Shown: piece by piece, positions 54,650 to 64,000 of the stretch | Position numbering within the stretch: position 1 is the stretch's first letter | Layout of the letters: every line of letters starts with the position of its first letter | Source of the DNA: the human T2T-CHM13v2.0 reference genome, Homo sapiens | Length of the DNA stretch: 64,000 nt | Direction: 5' to 3' (one strand) | Assembly (NCBI RefSeq): GCF_009914755.1 | Contig: NC_060934.1 | Program-made: the position numbers and the translations under genes | Notes under the pieces: model-generated | The model's input: the letters and a program-made list of their open reading frames with translations, nothing else | Databases searched by the model: none | What the model was told of the DNA's origin: nothing

Positions 54650-55545
54650 TAAGGGATAAAACAACTCAAAAAGTAAAAGAAAATAACCCCACTAAAAACT
54701 GGGCAAAGGACATGAATGGATATTTATCAAAAGAAGAAATATAAGTGGCCAAAAAACACATGAAAAATGCACAGTATCAGTAATAATCAGACAAATGCAA
54801 ATTAAAAGCACAATGAGATACTATCTCACATCAGTTAGAATGACTGTTATTAAAAAGTCAAAAGACAACAGATGTTGGTGGGGATGCGGAGAAAAGGGAA
54901 GGCTTACACATTGTTGTTGGGAATTTAAATTAGTTCAACCTCTATGGAAGACACTATGGAGATCTCTCAAAGGATAAAAAATAGAATTGCCATTTGACTC
55001 AGCAATTCCACGACTGGGTATTTACCCAAAGGAAAATAAATCACTATATAAAAAAGATGCCTGTTCTCATATGTTCATTGCATTACTGTTCACAATAGCA
55101 AAGTCATGGAACCAACCTAAGTGTCCATCAATAGTTGACTGGATAAAGAAACTGTGGTCTATATAAACCAAATAATACTATTCAGCCATGAAAAAGAATG
55201 AAGTCATGTCCTTTGCAGCATCATGAATGAAGCTGGAGGCCATTATTCTAAGTGAACTAACTCTGAAACAGAGAATTAAATAAGCAATGTTCTCACTTAT
55301 AAGTGGGAGCTAAACAATGGATACAAAGAGACATAAAAATGGAAATAATAGACACTGGGGACTCCAAGAGAGTTAGGAAGTGGGTGAGGATTGAAAAATT
55401 ACATATGGGATGCAATGTTCACAATTTGGGTAATAGGTATACTAGAAGCCCAATTCCAACCAGTACACAATATACCCACATAAGAAACATCCACCTGTAC
55501 TCTCTGAATCCAAAATAAAATAAAATTGAAGAAAACATAAAACAG
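54650..55545 (+). mobile_element. L1PB/L1MA-type 3' fragment
   Basis: ORF2 C-terminal remnant (MQIKSTMRYYLT...), old 3'UTR and A-tail. Confidence 0.85.
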
Positions 55546-56069
55546 GATAATAAGTTTGTTAAATTGAAAAAAATACTAGTTCATAAATTAATAAGTTTAA
55601 TAATGGTCTTTTCATTACTATTATATACTTTCTCTATTTTTACCTTATAAGTATAATGCTTTATTGATTCTTTCTCCAAATATTTATTTAACGGTTATTT
55701 TATACCAGTTACTTACTTTCTAGATGCTAGGTAAAAAGAAAAGAATAAATAAGGCCAGGTAAAATCGCTGGCTACGTGGAGCTTACATTCTTGATTTTGA
55801 ATGATACAAGTATCTTTTTTCGGATAAAAAGAATGATTTTACTTGTTCAAAAATGATGTTTTAGCAAGAGCAAAGTAAATAACAAAAAACATGAAAGAAA
55901 TACATTTTAAAGGTAAACAATGTCATCTGCCTTTTGGGTAAGACCCATGCAAACATGACCAGAGGTCACTCCCACTACGCATATTGCTTATTTTAAAAAA
56001 ACAAACAAAAAACAAAAAACAAACAACAACAACAACAAAACAACCCTGGCTCATTTCACCTGCTGAATC

Positions 56070-56230
56070 TGTGGTTTTCAAACAGTTGTCTTACCAGCGA
56101 CATCAACGTCATCTGGAAACTTGGTAGAAATGCAAATTCTAGGGCCCCACCACAGACCTGCTGAATTTGAAACACTGGTGATGGGACCCAGCAATCTGTG
56201 TTTACAAGAGCCCTTCAGGTGATTTGGATG
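56070..56230. mobile_element. MER5A-like hAT relic
   Basis: AGAAATGCAAATTCTAGGGCCCCACC...ACCTGCTGAAT...CCCAGCAATCTGTGTTT. Confidence 0.75.
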
Positions 56231-56403
56231 AAGTAGCAGAAGGCACAGTCAGGGAAGTGAGGCAAGGTGGAGAAGCTCAGCTTACCAAAATGAAAATCAG
56301 CTGGCATGACTGATGCTCGCAATTACCATTTCTATATAGAGACGCAGTTTGCAAAGTCATACAATTTTATACTAGTCAATTTTTACAACAGTTGCTATGT
56401 TAT

Positions 56404-56781
56404 TGTATTAGTCTGTTCTCACACTGCTATAAAGACATACTGGAGACTTGGTAATTTATAAAGGAAAGAGATTTAGTTGACTCACAGTTCCATATGGCGG
56501 GGGAGACCTCAGGAAACTTACAATCATGGTGGAGGGTGAGAGAGAAGCAAAGGCACGTCTTAATGGCAGCAGGTGAGAGAGAGTGTGAGAGAGCACAGGA
56601 AAAACTACCGTTTATTATATAAAACCATCGGATCTCATGAGAACTCACTCACTATCATGAGAACAGCATGGGGGAAACTGTCCCTATAATCCAATCACTT
56701 CCCACCAGGTTCCTCCCTTAACACCTGGGGATTACAATTCAAGATAAGATTTGGGTGGGGACTTAAGGCTAAACCATATCA
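56404..56781 (-). mobile_element. THE1/MSTA MaLR solo LTR
   Basis: TGTATTAGTCTGTTCTCACACTGCT...AAACCATATCA; 5-bp TSD GTTAT. Confidence 0.92.
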
Positions 56782-56978
56782 GTTATGAAATATGTTTATT
56801 TTGAAGATGAGAAAAACTGAGAACTTTACATGTTAATTAAGTGGCAGAGTAAGGAAGGAACACAGGAATCCTGGCTGACTCTCACATTATTCTTTCCATT
56901 AAAACACATACTGTGGAAGGTTATTACCTATATGATCAAGCCTTCTAATGAGGTTTCCTTGCAAATCTCTAAGCTAAC

Positions 56979-57336
56979 TGCAGTGGATTGAACATTTGTG
57001 TTTTCCCAAATTGATATGTTGAAATTCTAATACCCAAGGTGATGGTATTAAGAGGTGGAGCCTCTAAGAGGTCATTAAACCAGGCGGGTAGAATTCCCAT
57101 GAATGGGATTAGTGCCCATATGGAAAGAACTCCAAGAGGTCTTACACCCTCTTTCTATCATGTGAGGATACAAGAAGACAGCCATCTGCAACCCAGAAGA
57201 AGGCCTTCATCACAGCCTGACCATGTGGGCAGCCTGATCTCAGACTTGCAGCCTCTAGAGCTGTGAGAAATAAGTTTCCGTTGTTTAGAAGCTACCCAGT
57301 TTACAGTACTTTGTTATATCAGCCAGAGCTAAGATA
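56979..57336 (+). mobile_element. MLT1A-like MaLR solo LTR
   Basis: ATATGTTGAAATTCTAA...GTGATGGTATTAAGAGGTGG...GTGAGAAATAAG; 5-bp TSD CTAAC. Confidence 0.85.
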
Positions 57337-59406
57337 CTAACTACAGTCTAAGCCCAAATATGATTTTCTTTTTTTTTCTCTTTGAAGAACTCTGAGATTC
57401 TAAAAAACAAACAAACAAACAAACAAACAAAAACCAAAAAAAACCAAGGAATTGAAAGTGAATCTAAAATTTAATTCAAAATATCACAGTAATGTGCAAA
57501 ACATTTTCAAAAATCGCTGTGTCATGTTATAATTGGCATCACCCTTTCCTTAAGACAATTGTAACGTATAAGAAAAAAGTACATGGCATCCCCAGGAGGC
57601 TTATCTAGTAGATCAGGGCTCTTATTGGTACAACCCATGGAACATGGCATAAGCTTCATGGTTTTTTATGATCTAGGCTCAAAAGTCACATGAGGTCACT
57701 TCCGTCACATTCTATGGGTCACTTCTGGCATACTCTATTGGTTAAAACATTCCAAGCCTGTTTTGATTTAAAGGGAAAGAAAACTGTCTTTATGTCTTAA
57801 TGGCAGGAGTACCAAAGCTTGTGTAGTGATGTCTTCACTGACCTCAAGCTGCCATAGTCCAACTTCTCAGCACAAATTATTTCCATTTCTCCCTTTTGCA
57901 AAACATACTTACTCCCCACTAAGATCCTCAAAGGTCTCATTCCATTCCAAGCTCAGGCCCAAGGTCCAAGATATTTTAATCTGCACCAGATCCAGGTGGG
58001 GCTCATCCCTTCTGGTTCAATTGCTCAGGTATGTCTTCTCTTGGTTTAAAGGCCTATTAACCAAAAAAACAAGTTATTTGCTTTCCATATACTCAACACA
58101 AAATGGAGGGCTAGGCAGGCTTTTGTACAACAGCAATACCTAATTCAATTCAAAGCGAGGAAACAGGCCATACATGGCAGTCCCTGGCCTGTAGCAATAT
58201 TAAACCCAGCAGGACACTCGTCAATTACCTCCGTTTAGGGTCCCATATTGCACCGAGGTTAGAACCCTGTGACTGCAGGGTCTGTATTCTAATCCTTTGT
58301 TTCACCTTCTGAGACATGCTTTCTCGTAAGAAATAACCCATGTTCACAGATGCAGTTTTTTCAGCCTGTCTCCTGCTCATAAAAATTTAGAGGTCTCAAT
58401 ATTCATTTCAGTTGGGCTGTTCTCTGTCTCTTTTAATCTAACCTGGTAAAATTTCTAAAACTTTATAGGCTTCTTATGAAACAATAATCTACTCCATTAG
58501 AAGAAGCCACACCCACACATTTGTTTTGGGTATGTCCTTCTCTACCTTCACTATTTCTGATGCGTTTTTAGGACAATATCCTTCAGATTTTTAGAATCCC
58601 TATTGTTTACCAGTGAGGGCCTGCCCAGGCACAGCCATCATACATTTACAAGGCCCCTGGCTTCCTGAAAGTATCTTCATGCAACGGCCTTGGATCTTTG
58701 TAAAATCTGAATAAAGGCTTGTATAGTCATAGCCATGGATTAATTTTAATCTTTGCCCCAGACTGTTTCCAAGCTTTAAGTTCAGTTCGCTAACTGGAAA
58801 GACTGCCACGGACGCTTTACAATGTCCTGCAAATTCTATTAGAAAACTACAAAATGTGTTCTTTTCTTCGATGCTCTCCATTGGCACTGGTCATTGACAG
58901 TGAGCAGAAGCTAGATAGCATTTTCAGTATTCTGCCTGGAAGTCCCCTTAGCTAGACTCCAAGTCTATTCAGTACATTCAGTATTTTCCACATTACCAGA
59001 GGTGACAGTTTTAGTGTCTTGCTCAAAATTTCAGAGAAAGTAAATTTGCCCTGGAACTACAATGAAGATTACTCTGAGACCATCACCCCAGTGTCTGAGC
59101 CCCTCAGTGAACGCCAGCACTTGTTTTCTTGGCTATTTAATCAGGTGTCACTGTCAGGCGTCCTTAAAGATGGAAATTAGATAGTAGAGATTTAAGTAAT
59201 CACTGCATTTCTAATTGGAATGAAGATGGTTTTTAACTTTTGCTTGAATCCAGAATCATAACATATATTGGCCCTTTTACTGGTTATCTGTGGTTAAGAA
59301 GGTATACCTCAGAATGGCTGTGGAATTTATCCTGCATGTGTATACCTTTGCACAAGCTGATTGTGGAACAGACCATTGCTCTTTGCCTTTGCTTTCCAGT
59401 TTAGTT

Positions 59407-59789
59407 ACTTTGTTTTCTTTCTTTGTTTTCTTTTTTTTTTCTTTTTTTTTTTTTTTGAGACAGAGTCTTGCTCTGTCATCCAGGCTGGAGTGTTGGCCAG
59501 GCTGGTCTCGAACTCCTGAGCTCAAGTGATCTGTCTGCCTCAGCAGTGGTGCCATCTCGGCTCAATGCAATCTGCGCCTCCCAGATTCAAGAGATTCTCA
59601 TGCCTCAGCCTCCCAGGTAGCTGGGATTATAGGCACACACCACCATGCCCAGCTAATTTTTCTATTTTTAGTAGATACAGGGTTTCACTATGTTGGCCAG
59701 GCTATTCTCAAAATCCTGAGCTCAAGGGATCCAGCTGCCTCAACCTTCCAAAGTGCTGGGATTACAGGCATGAGCCACTTCATCCAGCT
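59407..59789 (-). mobile_element. Alu with a 51-bp internal left-arm insert
   Basis: TSD CAGTTTAGTT at 59397 and 59790; extra Alu segment at 59493-59543. Confidence 0.9.
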
Positions 59790-60902
59790 CAGTTTAGTTT
59801 AAATTATAACTTAATTTTTTTTCTTTGCCTTGTGGTTTAGTTACAGTTATAACTACTATAGATTTAACGAACTTTTAATCTTTTTAAGGCATGCTGGAGT
59901 CTTATAAAAATACTTTTGGAAAAATTGCTTCTATATTTTAACTAACACAAACACCGTCGTGATATTCCTATAATCAGTCTCACATCACCTCCCTCAGGTT
60001 GTTGGCCTCATTTTAATGCTACTTTTAAACAAAAGGTATTTGATTTCTCTTCCTCTTGGCTACCCTTTGCATAACCCCTAATTTAAAACTGCCAGTTCCT
60101 TACATTCATCACTTAAAAAGAAATGCATTATCAGGTAAGAAACTCGCTCACTATAAAAGTGCAGAAACACTTTTTGCTTCATTTTTATTACTGTGGCATG
60201 TATGTCTGATTAGTGTCCAGTACTGGTTTTTATAAAGCTCCATGAGAAACAGCACATTTTAAAAAAATTATCCAAGATATTAAACAATATGGATAACACA
60301 TTTCTTACTCTCCAAATGTAAGTGTGAATCTACTTTATCTGAAAGATGACAGACTATAATTTAGCAGGTTAGTAGGTGGTCATACAGTAGTAGCATGAAT
60401 GGGGAGTCATTTTTAGGACACTCGTTTTTGCACAGAAACATGGTGCGGGCCTAGGACGAAATGCATACTTTGTAGGAAAATCAAGCATTGGAAAGTACAA
60501 ATCTTTGTAGCAGCCTGTTAACCTGTTTGCTGACTTCATTCTTAAACCCTACCAATCCACTGATGTTGGTGTGATCCTTGTTATGCAAATCAGGTCATGC
60601 CATTTTCCTAGTAAAAATATGCTAATAGCTGCTCACTCTACTCAAGAGAAAGTCTTTAACTGCTTATTAGTACTCTTGAGATCTGTATCATCTACTGTCC
60701 ATGCCCCTCTGCTGACACTTCTATTTTCAACTACCTGTTTTTACGCCCCACCACTTGTAACCCTGCCCATGAAAGCGAAAGTGACCTATTTTCAGTATTG
60801 TTCAAACAGCTGCATGTCTCCCTTTGGGCCTTTGCATATGCTATTCTTCTTGCCTGGATCCTTCCTCCAACCTACCCTACTTTCAATCATGTTCATGTAA
60901 AT

Positions 60903-61013
60903 TGGGAGGATTGCTTGAGCCCTGGAGGTAGAGGCGTTGGTGAGCTATGATTGCACCACTGCACTCCAGCCTGAGTGAGAGAGTGAGATACTGTCTCAAA
61001 AAAAAAAAAAAAA
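60903..61013 (+). mobile_element. Alu right-arm fragment (AluJ/FRAM)
   Basis: GGGAGGATTGCTTGAGCCC...GTCTC plus A-tail. Confidence 0.85.
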
Positions 61014-62285
61014 TCCTGTCATTACCTCACATCATATCTAAAACAACTCAAAATTGGTCAAAGATCTAAATGTAAATTTTCATGACCTTGAACCAGGCAA
61101 TGATTTTTTAGCAATGAACATCAAAAGCACAAAAAACAATGAAAGAAAAATATTCAGGCATGACTTCATCAAAGTTTAAACTTTTTATCCTTCAAAAGAC
61201 ACAATCAGTAAAGTAAAAGGCCACACAGAATGGAACAAATGTACAAATCCTTTATTAGATAAGAGACTAGATTCCAGAACATATTGAGAACTTCTACAAC
61301 TCAAGGATATAATTTACAAATAAAAATTTAAAAATGACCAAAGGACTTGAGTAGACATTTCTCCAAAGATGATATACAAGTAGCTAATACACAAAAGAAA
61401 AGATGATTAACATTATGAGTTATTAGGAAATACACATCAAAACAGCATAATTGAAGTTGTAAACCTGTGGAGAAACAGATCCCTTGATACCCGTCTTCCC
61501 AGCCCCTGTAAACCACCATTCTTTTCTCTGCTTCTATGAATTTGACAATTTTAAATACTTCATATAATCAAAGCATGCAATACAGTCCTTCTGTGATGGA
61601 TTTATTTACTTAGGATAATGTCCTCCAGGTTGATCCATGTTGTAACAAATGGCAGTGTTTTCTTCTTTTCAAAGCATGAATACTATTCCATTACATGTCT
61701 GTATACATCATATTTTGTTTATTCATCTGTTAATGATATTTGGGTTGTTTCCATATTTTGGCTATTGTGAACAATGCTGCAATGAGCACAGAAGTACAGA
61801 CATCTCTTGAAGATCCTAATGTTAATTCTTTGAATATATGCCCAGAGGTGGGATTCCCGGATCATATGGTAGTCCTGTTTTTAATTTTGAGGAACTTTCA
61901 GACTGTTTCCCATAATGGCTGAAACATTTTACATTCTTACCCACAGCATACAACAAGAGTTCCAATTTCTTGCTAATGCTTGTTATCTTTCAGTTTTCTT
62001 TTTCTTTTTTGATGACAGTCATCCTAACAGCTGTGAGGTAATACCTCATTTTTCATTCTTGTTTTAATTTACATTTCCATCATTATCAGTGATGTTAGCA
62101 CTTTTCCATATGCCTGTTGGTCATTTGTGTATCTTCCTTGGAGAAATGTCCATTCAGGTCCTTTGCTGTTTTGTAATCGAATTAGTTTTGTATTCTTTTT
62201 TTTTTTTCTAATGAGATTTAGGAGTTTCTTAAAAGAGTCGACTTAATGTTATGTGAATTATACTTCAATTGTTAAAAATTAAAAA
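61014..62285. mobile_element. Old L1M pieces (plus 61014-61450, minus about 61470-62235)
   Basis: ORF2 remnants in both orientations (GACTTCATCAAAG...; GGCTATTGTGAACAATGCTGC). Confidence 0.7.
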
Positions 62286-62723
62286 TTACTTCATAATCTT
62301 TTTTTTTTCTTATAAACAGGAGGTTGCTAGTGGGATTTAAAGGGCTCACGTAGAATAAATTTTAAAAATTAACTTCAGTAATAATGCTTTCCACTTTCTC
62401 TACTAAATTTACTTGACCCTTCTTTATTAAAAATTAAGTATTAAAAGTGTGTAGGGCCATAAGAAAAGAAAAATAGGAAGTGCCCTGAATAAAAGCACTC
62501 AGCTGAAGGGGCAACTGGGAGCTCAAACCCAAGCTACTGCCCATTTCCAAGCCACACACCCTTGAATTTGCCAAAAGTAAGAGGTGCTGCTTTATAATTT
62601 GCACAAAGGTGCTATGTGATCTAGCATTAAAATTGACATAAATCATGCAGGAGAAAGAGAGAAAGAGACAGATGCTGTTTTGATATCATTTTAATTTTCA
62701 TTTTAATGCAAAGAGAAATATTA

Positions 62724-64000
62724 TGTCAAACTTAATGGCAAATAAGAGCAGGAGACTCTCTAAATAATAATATGTATTCAGGAGTGGGCATTTCGATGGT
62801 AATAAATACGCCATAGTAAACTATGTGCATAGTGAGGGAGTTAAAGGAAGAGAAAGGCTTTTAACGAAAAAACAAGAAGGGTTACACAAGTGCTTCAAAT
62901 CAATTATCCTTGGCTATAAATGTCAAGAACAAAGGTGACATCAGTCCAATGTTGGACAGGCAGTTCCTGGGCAGATGTCCTCATAGAATTATGCATATAC
63001 ACACACATATATGTACGTATGTATATATATGGACATATATGTATATATGTATACATATATACATAATGATATGTATATATGTATAATTCCTCATAGAATT
63101 ATATATATATACACATAATACGTACATATGTATACATATATGTACATATATACACACACATCCTGTGCATGGTTGTGCATGGTTGTGGTTTCTGCAGAGT
63201 CTTCTGTGATAGTTCAAGTGTGAGAACCCACCCTTCATGGCCTTCCTCAGCTTCATTTGTTAGGGCTTCACACTAGTGACTCCATTTTGATTCTGACAAC
63301 TTTTACATTTCCCCGTTTTGATCAAGTTCTTTCTCCAAAGCATTGTTGATCAATCAACTTTGAGTTAGCTTTTAATTTTCCCTTGTTACCAGGATGGACC
63401 TCTTTAAGTTTGTTGGCCAGTTCCACATGAGAGGAAGTAACTGGGAACTAGAAATGAGTGTCAAAACCCACTTATTACAGTTGAGCAAAAAGGAATATCT
63501 CCAGGAAGTGGCTCTTAGGCTAAGTGTACCTGGAGTCCCTTGTTATGTTCAATTTTTGTTTGTTCCATAGATACTGGCTATCACATCAAAGTGCTGGACC
63601 GGCCTTATTCTGTTAGGACTTCTACTTCTGCAGACGTACAAGGAAGAGGTTAAAAGTTTTGAAAAAGGAAATACAAAGTTAAATTAACAGTAATGTGTTT
63701 TTGAGTCATGAACCTAAGCTTAACTCCATACATTAAATGATCATGGGGAATTAGGTAAGACCTGTTGTAACCACGTGGCCTGTCTTCTTATTTTATGTAT
63801 CTGGGTCTCAAATTCCCCAGAGGAATTTATCCAGGTACAGGATGTAGTGTTAGCAATAGCATAGATACTTTCTTATTTAACCAATACATAATATACAGAA
63901 ATTATATCACTTAGTATCTCATGATTGGGTTGGATTAAAGCAAAGATTGTTCTAAAAAGGAACCAATAGTACCTCTGAAGAAAAAGATACGTTAGAGATG
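62724..64000 (-). mobile_element. MER4-group ERV1 provirus end: 3' LTR (62724-63307) plus internal region running off the window
   Basis: Minus strand reads polypurine-tract-like AAAACGGGGAAA then TGTAAAAGTTGTCAGAATCAAAATGGAGTCAC. LTR contains a TA-rich repeat at 62990-63160. Confidence 0.7.

Noticed and set aside
57580-59030. Probable MLT1 LTR plus internal sequence; also L2/MIR traces near 30.0, 34.5-34.9, 39.7-39.9 and 60.5-60.9 kb
   Set aside because: Too degraded to assign boundaries or family by eye.

Overview
Human (primate) genomic DNA, AT-rich and dominated by transposable elements. I recognise no host-gene exon, RNA gene or CRISPR array, so this is probably intergenic or deep intronic. 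The centrepiece is a young L1HS-Ta (Ta-1d) LINE-1 at 2565-8500 with intact ORF1 and ORF2, a 14-bp target-site duplication (TSD) and a 123-bp composite A-tail. Its 5'UTR lacks about 206 nt, removed exactly between the L1 +97 splice donor and an AG acceptor near +303. It therefore looks like a spliced, retrotransposed, still coding-competent L1, and the splice also rewrites the antisense ORF0. It sits inside an older L1PA, which sits inside a Tigger1. The window also holds a full-length L1PA3/4 (intact ORF1, dead ORF2, ~129-bp ZNF93 segment retained, short 3' transduction), two twin-primed inverted L1s, a consensus-like AluYb8, and many older Alu, L1M, MaLR/ERV LTR and DNA-transposon relics and tandem repeats. 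Subfamily names come from remembered consensus sequences and need RepeatMasker/Dfam confirmation.
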